From positions 103,368,754 to 103,405,915 of the forward strand of contig NC_057718.1 of NCBI RefSeq assembly GCF_004010195.1: DNA of 37,162 nucleotides. The letters run 5' to 3'. The notes beneath the pieces were generated by a model that saw only the letters and a program-made list of their open reading frames with translations, was not told where the DNA came from and ran no database searches. Of the stretch, positions 22,845-33,559 are shown in pieces. This stretch comes from Chiloscyllium plagiosum. Its lineage: Eukaryota. A program made the position numbers and the translations under genes. Positions within the stretch are counted from its first letter, which is position 1; every line of letters starts with the position of its first letter.

Positions 22845-23040
22845 TGTGGGTTATGGGTGTCACTGGCTGGGCCCAGCATTTACTGCCCGTCCCTAGTTGT
22901 CCCTTGAGACGATGGGGGGTGAGTTGCCTTCTGAAACCGCTGGGGTCCATGCGCAGTAGGGAGACTGATATTGCCATTAGGGAGGGAGTTCCAGGATTTT
23001 GACCCAGTGACAGTGAAGGAACAGTGATGTTTTCAAGTCA
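22845..23040 (-). mobile_element. LINE 3' fragment sharing its tail with the SINE family at 29725/35420
   Basis: ctggctgggcccagcatttactgcccgtccctagttg, shared with 35425-35460. Confidence 0.6.
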
Positions 23041-23295
23041 AGAAAAGGTCTTTCTTCACCGTAAGGGTAATGAATGTGTGAAATTCTTACCCACAGAGGG
23101 TTGTCAAAGCTGGGTCATTAAGTATATTCAAGCCTAAGGTAGACAGATTTTTAATCAGGAAGGGATTGAAGGGTAATGTGGAAAAGGGAAGAAAGTGGAG
23201 TTGTGGATTGTCAGATCAGCCTAGATCTCACGGAATGGCACAGCAGACCTGATAGGCCAAAGGGTCTACTTCTGCTCCATTGTGTAATGGTCTAC
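23041..23295 (+). mobile_element. CR1 3' end
   Basis: ttcttcaccgtaagggtaatgaatgtgtgaaattcttacc...gataggccaaagggtctacttctgctcc. Confidence 0.75.
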
Positions 23296-23419
23296 GCCAA
23301 GTCTCCCTCTGCATTTTCTTTTCACAGGAGAATTTTGAGAACTAATAATGTTCACATTATGATGTGATGGGATGGTCCATACACTTTCGTACAGCCGGGA
23401 ATGCTAACCTATGGGGTTC

Positions 23420-23712
23420 TCTCATCAGGCTAGTTATCCAAAGAACTAGACTGATGCACTTGATGAAGCAGTTCAAAACCCACCAGGAGAACTTAAATTA
23501 AATTTTGGAATAAATCTGGATTAAAAATCTTGTATCAGTAAATAGTGGCCATGAAACTACCAGGTTGTTATTTAAAAACCCATCTGGTTCACTATTACCA
23601 TTGCTACCTGGTCTGGCCTACATGTAACTCCTGACCCATGGTATTGTGATTGACTCTTAACTGCTCTCTCGGTTAAGGGCAATCAGAAATTGACAACAAA
23701 AGCTGACCTTGC
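23420..23712 (+). mobile_element. tRNA-derived SINE (unassigned shark family)
   Basis: aaaaacccatctggttcact...acctggtctggcctacatgtaactcc...gactcttaactgctctct; reverse copies at 29725 and 35420. Confidence 0.75.
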
Positions 23713-23989
23713 TCTCAGATCTCTGAATGGATAAGGGATCATTGTGGTGATACAATGATCTCCCACAGGAGAGGGTACATGTGTAACCCCTATCTTACAG
23801 TCTTGTCTCCTCTCTTTAAAAATATCCCCACAAAAGGATACAATCTCAAAAGTGGGTTGGAAAGATGTGTGTTCAGCAGGGCTGTTCAGAGTAATGAAAC
23901 CATTTGATTACCCACACTCTGAATGAATGCTGGAACACACTCAAATGGTCTCCTCTTGTTTTTAACATCAAGCCAATTCCAAAGTCGAT

Positions 23990-24220
23990 ACAGAGTCATA
24001 GAGATATACAGCTGAGAAACAGATCCTTCAGTCCAAATTGTCCATGCCAACCAGATATCCTAAATTAATCTAATCCCACTTGCCAGCATTTGGCCCATAT
24101 CCCTCTAAACCCTTCCTATTCTTTATATCTATCCAGAAGCCTTTTAAATGCTGCAAATGTGTCAGGCTCTACCACTTCCTCTGGCAGCTCTTTCATGCAC
24201 GCACCACCCTCTGCATGAAA
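23990..24220 (-). mobile_element. CR1 3' end
   Basis: cagagtcatagagat...ccagcatttggcccatatccctctaaacccttcctattc, the reverse of 11300-11420. Confidence 0.85.
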
Positions 24221-24619
24221 TTTGGTGGACAGTGATAAGAAATGGATACAAATTGTATTTATATAACCCCTTCCATGTCTGAAGGATTTAATTCCCAGCC
24301 AATTCCATAGGTGGGTGTAACCCCAGTGTCACTACTTGACCAAGACAAATGTATTCACTTTTGACTGGGGCATGGACATAGTTTATATCTGGTCTATGCG
24401 CCAACTCAGTCAAACAGATGAGCTATCAGAACAAGGCAAACAGGATTTCTTACGAAAGAAACAAAGGCTAGGCTTGAATACAGGCCTAGATTTGAAATGT
24501 CATCAGTTTGCAGTAGGGAGTCTCACTGTTTATTAAGCATACCATTGTAATAATTCTTCTACCTTTACAATGGTCCCCATTCTCCCTTTAAAGAACCCAA
24601 GATGATTGATGCCTAAAAT

Positions 24620-24835
24620 AAAACAAAGAAGTGTGGATACTAGAAATCTGAAACAAAACCAGGAAGTGTTCAAGAAACTCAGCAGGTCTGGTAGCACCTG
24701 TAGAGGGAAATCAGAGTTAATGTTTCAGGTCCAGTGACCCACCTTTGGCACTGGACTCAAAACATTAACTCTACTTTCTCCCTACAGGTGCTGCCAGACC
24801 TGCTGAGTTTTCCCAGCAATCCCTGTTTTTGCATT
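24620..24835. mobile_element. Penelope-like inverted-repeat hairpin element
   Basis: aaactcagcaggtctggtagcacctgtag...gagttaatgttt pairs with aaacattaactc...ctacaggtgctgccagacctgctgagttt. Confidence 0.8.
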
Positions 24836-25285
24836 GTTGATTAGTGCTCTCTGGCTAATCTGAAAAATGCTTTCCTTTTTAATGTCTCCCGCCCCCACTA
24901 AGAAAATAAACGTTGAGCAGAGATGAGTGCAAACTGACCAAAATAAAATGGCTCATACTCTGTAACCCTTGGATGTCAGAACTAAAAGTAGAAGGTTTTC
25001 ATGTATAGAGGCACAAACATTTCTGCTGCTGGACTGCCATATTATACCAGCTATAAGTAGGAGGTGGGAGACTAAAATTTGCAGACAGAAACTCTTGACA
25101 GCAACGTATTCTCTTGTTTGTGGTACTGTTCCTTGAAGCAATCTTTAAGCTCCAGAATACAGGCCAGGTGGAGGTTTATGTGCCGCTGCAAAGCTAGCTA
25201 TTCAGGCAACAGTCTTAACGCAGATTTTTTAAAAAAGTTGTGAGCGTGCAGCAACATCTCTGGATTTTAAAACAGTTGCACCCAG

Positions 25286-25298
25286 AGGTCAGAGGTCA
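25286..25298 (+). promoter_or_regulatory. Perfect DR1 nuclear-receptor element AGGTCA-G-AGGTCA (candidate RXR/RAR/COUP-TF/PPAR site)
   Basis: Exact consensus in non-repeat intronic DNA. Function is not demonstrated. Confidence 0.45.
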
Positions 25299-25764
25299 AA
25301 CGAATGAAAATGGAAGTTCACCGAGCTCCCAAAAAAAGGAATTTCCGAGGGATTACAGCCAGGCCCCAGACTCTGGTGCTTTCAAAAAGGAAATACAGAA
25401 AATGGAGTTGGGGGAGGGGGAGTTGGGGGAATGGGTTCCCGACAGTGATCAACCTGATTGAAATTCAGACTGGGACAAATCTGGTTTCCATCGTGTGAAC
25501 CCAATTATCAAGTTAAAACAAAAGCGTTGTTCTCCCCTCCCCCATCTCTGACCTGACCTGCCCTGGCACTAAAGATGTAATGACACAGCTTGCAGCCAGA
25601 GACGTTAATGGAGGAGAACATGCCCTTTAGGACCACGTTTGGGTCCAGAATCCTGCAGAATACTCAGTCTGTTTTGGGTGAGATGTAAAGCCACTGGCTC
25701 TATTAACATTTGCGAAAGTTAAATTCTTGCTTAGGCACATAGAAACACACACATACAAAAATCA

Positions 25765-26200
25765 TATTTACATAACCCCCTCCTGTGTCTGAAGGGTTTG
25801 ATTCCCAGCCAGTTAAGTATTTTTAAAGTGTAGTTAGTTACTCCTACCTCATGATGAAATTAAACAAGCACCCCATGCACAGCAAGCTCCCACAAACAGT
25901 ACTGAGACTAATGGGCGGATGATCTGATTTAGTGATGTTGGTAGATGGATCAATGATGTATAGGGTCACTTTCCAAGCTCTGATTTCCAGCACAGCATCA
26001 GAAACTGAAGTCACACCACACTAGGTTATAAGTCCAACAGGTTTATTTGAAATCACAACCTTTCAGAGTGTAGCCCCTTCACCAAGTGTCAGAGCATCAG
26101 AACAGGCAGACAGAGCTCTCGGTTTAATAGGTTCCTCTGAAACAGTGCAGCACACCCTCACTATCACACTTCTGTGTTTCCGGTGGGATGACTAACTCAG
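25765..26200 (-). mobile_element. Deu-domain SINE, decayed and interrupted by a Penelope-like fragment
   Basis: aagtgtagt...gcacagcaagctcccacaaacag...atctgatttagtgatgttgg...cagacagagctctcggtttaa...acagtgcagcacaccctca. Confidence 0.7.
26004..26092 (-). mobile_element. Penelope-like 3' fragment with a degenerate hammerhead motif and a 10-bp TSD
   Basis: AGCATCAGAA at 25994-26003 and 26093-26102. The insert is the reverse complement of the 32790-32880 motif (aaataaacctgttggac). Confidence 0.7.
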
Positions 26201-26779
26201 GACTAACACACACCAGGAGGCTGACTGATCAGCACCATTGATGGAATTTCCCATGCATTTATACACAGTCCTATTCGGGTAAGAGGGTTGGTGACACGTT
26301 CCTATTTTGTATTCCTTGTCACTGTTCTACATTGAGCTGATGGAAGCTCATTAGGCTGCCGGCCACAGCTTACTAATTTGAATAGAATTTAAATACATTT
26401 TTTTTTAAACACAGCTCCCAGTGGGATAATATCAATTTAGTGAATGGATGCAAGTTGGGCTCAATTGAGTTTGACATCGTGCCCATTTATGTGTCACTAA
26501 GGGAAAGCTGGCCTGACCCAAGATGTTAGGAATTAGGATTTATGAGCTTGGAATTTTACTGTCAAATCTGGAGATTGCCACACAGGATTTTCTTTCCTTC
26601 TTGCCTTTGCTGTTTCTCATGTTTTGCATTTGATCATTCTTCGCTAAGATCCTGAATCTTTCCAAGAACCGCACACTAATCGTCCATTCTGTCATCAGAG
26701 ACCCGCCTTAGTCAGTACTCAAACAGGCCATTTGGCCCGAATGCTCACTGCTGGCGTTTCTTCTCTGCTCAAGTCTCCT

Positions 26780-26920
26780 TCCAGTTCTGAGGGAGGGTCA
26801 CCGGACCCGAAATGTTAACTCTTGATTTCTCTCCACTGATGCTGCCAGCTGCTGAGCTTTTCCAGTAATTTTCAGTTTTGCTTCTGACTTTCATCGCCTG
26901 CAGGTCCTTTCAGTTTTTAT
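26780..26920 (+). mobile_element. Penelope-like half-hairpin with a hammerhead-like motif
   Basis: AGTT-CTGAGGGA-GGGTC-ACCG-GACCC-GAAA-TGTT-AACT, then gatgctgccagctgctgagcttttccag. Confidence 0.7.
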
Positions 26921-27547
26921 TTAATATTGTCCTCCTAGATTTTCTTGTCTAAAATCGACCATCGTGACAATCCATTGCCACCTCATTCAGACCGAGCCGA
27001 GCTTCCTCTTAAATGCACGGGAGGGGACAGAACAGGGTGACACAGTTAGGGCAAGAGCAAAAGGAAAGGACATAAAAGGCAGGAGGGACCACTCCTCCCT
27101 TACTGAGAGAGGGGCTATCAAAGAATTAAATATTGGGAAAGTAGGGGGACAAGCTGGAACCAACTACAAGTTTTTCCCTTGCACACAGAATCCAAACTCA
27201 ATGGGTTATATTTACAAAACAAGAAAAAACACAAGGGACACAGGGAATGCACGATGTACATGTTTTTCCTAAAAGAGTGCTAAGTGTGTAAAACAGATGA
27301 TCTGCATAGAACAAGAAACTTGGCTGGGTTTCAAGAAAGGAGTGGATAAGTTTATCTTCATCTCCAAATGGGACTTTGGGTTATTCAGAGATACACTGAA
27401 GGGACATTAAGGATAGGAGGGTGCTAGATGGGCTGAACCTTTTCTCCAATCTGAAGCTGCTACAATATCAAAGGGCAAATTGGATGCTTGCTTTCAAATT
27501 TGCTCCAACAAGAAACTGAGAGACTTGATAAGGGCAAGGCTGTTAAT

Positions 27548-27980
27548 AGAGTCACAGAGATGTACAGCACGGAAACAGACCATTCGGTCCAACTCATCCA
27601 TGCCGACCAAATACCCTCACCTAATTTACTCCCATTTGCCAGCACCTGACCCATATCCTTCTAAACCCTTCCTATTCATATACCCACCCAGATACCTTTT
27701 AAATATTATTATTGCACCGGTCCCCACCACTTCCTCTGGCAGCTCATTCCATACACGCACCATCCTCTGCATGAAAATGTTGCCCCTTGGGTCCCTTTTA
27801 AATCTTTCTCCTCTCACCTTAAACCTATGCCCTCTAGTTTTGGGCTTCCCTAGACTGGGGACAAAAGTCCTTGTTTATTTAGCCTATCCATGCCCCTTAT
27901 GATTTTAAAAAACTTCTATAAGGTCACCCTTCAGCCTCCGACGTTGCAGGGAAAACAGCCCCAGCCTGTTCAACTTCTCA
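27548..27980 (-). mobile_element. CR1 ORF2 C-terminus and 3'UTR
   Basis: ORF 27626-27817 reads RGERFKRDPRGNIFMQRMVRVWNELPEEVV...FKRYL. Confidence 0.9.
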
Positions 27981-27984
27981 TAAG

Positions 27985-28640
27985 TCATTAAAGATGGGAG
28001 GACAGGTAGAGTGATCTGTTAGTAAAGCATAGTGCCCGAGACTTCATTAAAAGGGTCACAGACTAAAAGAACAGGGAGGTTATGATGAACTCCTATAAGG
28101 CACTGGTTAGCCCTCAGCTGGAGGTCTGTGTACAATGTTGGTGCTACATTATGGGAAGGACAGGAATGCAGTGCACAGAGTGCTGGAGAAATGGTTCCAG
28201 GGATGTGATCCTCCAGTTCTGTCAAAAATCTGGAGGGGACTATTTTCCTTGAAGATGAGTTGGCTGAGGGGGGATTTGATAGACATTTCCAAAATCATAA
28301 ATGGTCTAGACAACATAGATTGGGAGAAACTGTTCCCACTTGGAAATGGATCAAAACCCAGAGGGCACAGTCTTAAAGAGTTTTGCAGAAGCAGCACATG
28401 ATGTGAGAAAAACAACTATTCTTGTAGTGAGTAGCTGGTGTCTGGAATACACTGCCTGGAAATGTGGGGGAGGCAGGTTCAACTGAGGCGTTCAAGAGGG
28501 AATTGGATGGTGATTCAAATGAAAATAGTTTGCAGAGTTATGGGGAAAAGATAGGAGATTGGCACTGAGTTAAAATGCTCAGAGGTAGTGCAGACACAAT
28601 GGGCCGAATAGCCTCATTCTGCACGGTGATGATTTTGTGA
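27985..28640 (+). mobile_element. CR1 ORF2 C-terminus and 3'UTR
   Basis: ctcctataaggcactggttagccctcagctgg (LYKALVxPQLE-like). ORF 28135 reads LRGDLIDISKIINGLDNIDWEKLFP...PRGHSLK. Confidence 0.88.
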
Positions 28641-29084
28641 GTGTGTCACTCTTGGTTTGTTAACATGAAACCCTGCAAACCAAGGCAGACTCTCGATTTG
28701 GCTTTTGCTGAAAATGTTTGCACCACAACAGAACCAGACTCAGCTTTCTCAGGGCACAGGAAAAACAAAACCTGCATCCTTCTACAATGGGGCAATGGAC
28801 TTGGATGTCCAATGCTGTACAGCAGCCACACCCACATCCCCACCTCTAGTGCTGGGTGTTTGATGGGTTCATGCAGCTTTGTGGAGCCCAAGGTGCCACA
28901 CTATGTCATCCTTCTCAGTGACGAGGGAGATGTAGTACAATCGATCTCGGTGTTTCAGGTTTAGCAAGGAGAATTTGGGCATGTTTCGACTCCTGTCTGG
29001 CATTACTCACTCCCTGACAGATATGCAAATAAGTGATCTTGGCTGCTCACAATTGTAGGTCCTCACAATTAATCCTTGCAAATA

Positions 29085-29700
29085 ATCCCAGAGCAGGAGG
29101 TCATTTAGTCTAGCGTGTCTGCACTGGCTCTCCAACCAGCATTATGACTTTGTGCCATTGGCCTGCCTCTTCGCCATACCCTGCACATTATTACCATCAA
29201 TGCCCCAATTGCTTCTACCTCCAGCACACTTCCAGGATATACACACATCACCAATCACTCATCACGTAGAAAGGATTTTTCTCACCTTGTATTTGCTTCT
29301 TTTGCAAATTACTTTAAAATTCAGGAGCTGGAGTAGGCCATTCAGCCCCCTGAGCCTGCTCCCCCATTCAATATGATCAGGGTTGATTATCCAACTCAGT
29401 CTCCTGCTCCTACATTCTCCTCTCTTCCTCCCTTTAGTTCTATGAGCTGTATCGGCATCTTTCTTGAAAGTTTTCAATGCTTTGGCCTCAATTTTCTCCT
29501 GTGGCAGAGAATTGCACAGGCTCCCCAATCTCTGGGTGAAGACATTCTCCTCATCTCAGTCCTACATGGCCCATCCCTTTCCTTAGTCCGTGACTCCAAT
29601 CTTGGATTCCCTGGTCATTGGGAACATCCCTCAATAGAAATCTATAGAAATCTTTAAATCTGTGCCCACTCGTTCTTGAATCTTTTCCAAGCAGAAGCTC
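29085..29700 (-). mobile_element. Two nested CR1 3' fragments
   Basis: gagcaggaggtcatttagtc... interrupted by ggagtaggccattcagccccctgagcctgctcc...ctctgggtgaagacattctcctcatctc. Confidence 0.7.
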
Positions 29701-29721
29701 TGGTCAGTTTCTCTTTCTTAC

Positions 29722-30040
29722 TTTCACGGGACGTGGGCATCATCAGCAAAGTGAGCATTTCGCGCCCCCATCTCTAATTGCCCCTGATCTTGTTGACTTG
29801 CTCAGGCTCTTTCAGAGAGCAGTTCAGAGTCAACCACATCGCTGTGGGTCTGGAGTCACATGTAGGCCAGACCAGGTAAGGATGGCACTTTCCTTCCTTA
29901 AAGGGCAGAACAATTGGCGATGGGTTCAGTGAGATACATTTTAAATTTATTAATTGAATTGTATTCCATCAGCTGCCATAGTGAGATTCGAAACCACATT
30001 CCCAGAGCATTAGCCTGGACCTCTGGATTAATAGTCTAGA
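29722..30040 (-). mobile_element. tRNA-derived SINE (same family as 23420/35420)
   Basis: agagtcaaccacatcgctgtgggtctggagtcacatgtaggccagaccaggtaagg; reverse B-box gagattcgaaacc. Confidence 0.8.
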
Positions 30041-30579
30041 CGAAGAACATGAACAGACCCCATGGGTCCATAGCTGTGCAAAGAATGAACACTGGTGAAG
30101 GATAGAGGGAGCAAGGAGACTAATCAGAAATGATCATCTTTCAATGTAATTTCTGTGAATCTCTCTACCTCAGGCAGTGAGTCTACAATAACAGGCAGAG
30201 CTACCTGATATGATTAAGGAACAGAGGTGTATTAATACACAGGTTCACCAAGGAGGGCAGCAACAAGAGGACTCCCTTTTACACAGTGACTTGTTGCAAC
30301 TAGGAATGCACTGTCTGAAAAGATGGTGGAATCAAATTCAACTAGAACTTGCAAAAAAAAATTACTGAAATAACTGAAAGGAAAATTTCTGCAGGATAAA
30401 TGGGGCTAAAATGAATAGTGCTATCAAAGACTCATATTTATCTAAACGGCCGAAAGGGCATTTTCTGTCTTGAATGATTCGATAATTCCACCTTTTCTAC
30501 CTTCTGTAGAATAACCTACAAGGACATTTGTAATGTGCTATCAATTGTAGGAATGACCACCATTGGCCCTCAACCACTA

Positions 30580-30781
30580 TGCAAAAGTGAGGACTGAAGA
30601 TACTGGAAACCAGAGTTTAGATCAGAATGGTGCTGGAAAAGCACAGCAGGTCAGGCAGCATCCGAAGAGCAGGATAATCGATGTTTTGGGCAAAAGCCCT
30701 TCATCAGGAATAGAGGATTCCCTTCTATTCCTGATGAAGGGCTTTTGCCCGAAACGTCGATTTTCCTGCTCCTCGGATGCT
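30580..30781. mobile_element. Penelope-like inverted-repeat element with minimal hammerhead motifs on both arms
   Basis: 58-bp arms 30657-30714 and 30724-30781 form a near-perfect hairpin. Confidence 0.85.
30727..30762 (+). ncRNA. Minimal type I hammerhead-ribozyme motif (PLE-type)
   Basis: CUGAUGA(A)-GGGC-UUUU-GCCC-GAAA-C-GUC, with the palindromic ACGU in place of helix III. Helix I is weak and activity is untested. Confidence 0.65.
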
Positions 30782-30799
30782 CCCCAACCACTATGCCAA

Positions 30800-31170
30800 C
30801 AAATAAGACCACAAGACTATTGGAAATAGGAATGAGAGAAGGCTATTTGGCCCCTTGAGTCTCTTCCAGCATTCAATAGGATCATGGCTGCTCACATCCA
30901 CTTTCCTGCCCTTTCCCCAGTGCTCTAGATTCCCCAACTGATCAAGCATCTATCTAACTTAGCACTAAATATACACAGGATTCTGCCCCTATAGCTCTCT
31001 GTGGCAATGAGTTCCAAAGACACATAACCCTTGGAGAGAAGAAACTCCTCCCCATCTCATTGGGGCCCCTTTATTCTGAGACTATATCCTCGGGTCCTGG
31101 ACTCTCCCATGAGGGGGAACATCCTCTCAGCACTGACCCCGTCAAACTCCTTAGGAATCCTATACATATG
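30800..31170 (-). mobile_element. CR1 3' fragment
   Basis: ggctatttggccccttgagtc...agagaagaaactcctccccatctc...ggggaacatcctctcagca. Confidence 0.8.
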
Positions 31171-31582
31171 TCAGGCACATGTAGAAGGCAACATCATGTG
31201 GACTGAATCACGACATCATCCACTATTGTGTTAAGGAGGGAAAATCCTGTTCCAATTTACAACTTATAGAGCCCTCAGAAACACCAGCTGCTAAAGTTCG
31301 TCTGAACTGCTGAGTTTCCCAAAATACAAGGGCTTGCTTAAATGTACTCAGGAAGACATCAGTACATGCACTGACGATGGTATACTTCACCTAGGTGACA
31401 TCTTGCTCAACAAACATAATGAATAATTTGTAATCCCCACTCCCCCCAACCCACCACAAAGTGCAGGTGTTAGATGGTTTCATTGTGTTCAGACAGCGAC
31501 CACAATAAATAGTTCCGACTAAAAAGCCCAAACTTCACTCATACAAAACCCACTCAATTATTGGGCTGCATCATTTTGCATT

Positions 31583-32125
31583 GAACATAGAACAATACTG
31601 CATAGGAACAGGCCCTTCGGCCCACAATGTTGTGCTGAACATGACACCAAACTAAACTGATCCCTTCTGCCTACCCTTGGCCCATAGCCCTCCACTCTTT
31701 CCATAGCCATGTGCTTATCTAAAAGTCCCTTCAATACCCCTTTCTAACTGCTTCCACCACCAATCCTGGCAGCACATTCCACATTCTTACCACTCTGTGT
31801 AAAAACTTCTCCCTCTGAATCCTTTGAACTTTCCCCCCTTTCACCTTAAATGTATGCTCCCTAGTTTTAGACATTTCTACTCTAGGAAAAAGATTCTGAC
31901 TCTCAACTCTACCAATGTATCTCACAATTTTACAGACTTCTATCAAGTCTCTGCTACTCCGGAGAAAACAACCCAAGTTTTTCCAGCCTCTCCTTATAGC
32001 CCACACCATCTAACACCCTCTAAAACCTTCTCTGCACCCTCTCCAAAACCTCCACATCCTTCCTTTAATGTGATAACCAGAATTAAACGCAATCCTCCAA
32101 GGGTGGCCTCAGCAAAGTCTTACAA
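31583..32125 (-). mobile_element. CR1 ORF2 C-terminus and 3'UTR
   Basis: ORF 31731-32009 reads DLIEVCKIVRYIGRVESQNLFPRVEMSKTREHTFKV. Tail gaacatagaaca...ggcccttcggccc. Confidence 0.88.
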
Positions 32126-32679
32126 AATTGCAAGTCTTATAAACAGGCAATTATTTCTGCTGCTTTATTTTGGTTACAAACGGCACCATTCGAGTTGGTA
32201 TGTGAAAAAAAATTGGTTTCTGCATTTGAAAACGACAGACTACAAGGTGCAATAAAAATTCCAATTATTTTACATTATGACTGAGTCTCCAATGAGTTGC
32301 AGTCATGCTGACCATTGTGTGTTATGCAATTCTGCGTGCTGTTTATGCCGATTTGAGGAGATAGTGCTGGTGCCTGACTGATGAACTAAGTGGTGAACTA
32401 GTTGATTATGATTCAAGAGGATTTCTGTCTTCATCCACAAATAACTCGGGCAATGTCTTAATCAGTGCTAACAGTGCCATGTGTTGAAAATGCTATGGGG
32501 CAGGAAACAGAGGTAGTGCCAGCAGGCAATGGTGCAGAGTTTATAGAGTAGCAGCTGATATTATTGACAGTCAAATGCTTCAGTGCTTTTACTGTGCGAG
32601 GGATTGCTGAACGTCATCATCTCCCAGTGCCTACTGCTCTATCCAAATCTAGAATATGTAAAACCAACATGGTCATTCT

Positions 32680-32880
32680 AAAGATGAGAGACTTAACAAA
32701 CAATCCTGGTCTTTTTCAATATATAATTTCAGTTACATCACACTGTAAACTTTTGCTATAAATTCTGTGTCCTACAATCTTATACTCCACAACGACCTGA
32801 TGAAGGAGCAGCGCTCCGAAAGCTAGCGCTTCCAAATAAACCTGTTGGACTCTAACCTGGTGTTGTGTGATTTTTAACCC
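32680..32880 (+). mobile_element. Penelope-like 3' end containing a hammerhead motif (32797-32825)
   Basis: CTGATGA-A-GGAGC-AGC-GCTCC-GAAA-GCTA followed by aaataaacctgttggac...tggtgttgtgtgattttt. Confidence 0.75.
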
Positions 32881-33045
32881 AAAATATCGAACTTCCTTAT
32901 TTCTTCTTTTTTTTCTTTATTTTATAATTTTCTTTCTCTAAGAATTTGTACTGAAGGATCTGTACCTCTGTACCTAAGATGTTGCTGTAAGTTGTGACTT
33001 GTCACAGTGTTCATTTGAGTATGTGACAATAATTCTAATTCTTCG

Positions 33046-33265
33046 ATACAAAAGCAGAATTTGCTGGAAAAGCTCAGCAAGCCTGGCAGCACTGTGGAGA
33101 GAAATCAGAGTTAACGTTTCAGCTCCCTTCAGTGACCCTTCCTTAGAACTTGATCTGAAACGTTAACTCTGATTTCTTTCCACAGATGCTGCCAGACCTG
33201 CTGAGCTTTTCCAGCAATTTCTGTTTTTGTTTCTGATTTCCAACATCCACAGTTTTGTTGGTTTT
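33046..33265. mobile_element. Penelope-like inverted-repeat hairpin element
   Basis: tgctggaaaagctcagca...aaatcagagttaacgtttcag pairs with ctgaaacgttaactctgattt...tgctgagcttttccagca. Confidence 0.85.
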
Positions 33266-33559
33266 AATCTAATTCTTTGATAACTGCTTGATAAGTATTC
33301 TCTTAATGAATTAAAGACAGTCCTTATCACTTACTTTTTTTGCATTCACAATAATAATGGCAGCAGCAACCATTCCTATGACAATCATGTCTACAACCTC
33401 TGTTAAGGTGACTGCTACTTCAAGTCTGAGATCTCCCCTTCAAGTCCACATCAAACCTGGCTGTCTGCACACCAGATATCTGTTAACTTCTCTGATCATT
33501 CTGCCTATTTGATACTTTTAAAAACTCAGACACAGACACAACACTCAAACCAGTCACTC

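Noticed and set aside
11150..27840. Inverted CR1 pair (11150+ versus 23990-/27548-) flanking exons 11-13 as a circRNA driver
   Set aside because: The 11150 copy lies beyond the poly(A) site and the last exon has no splice donor.
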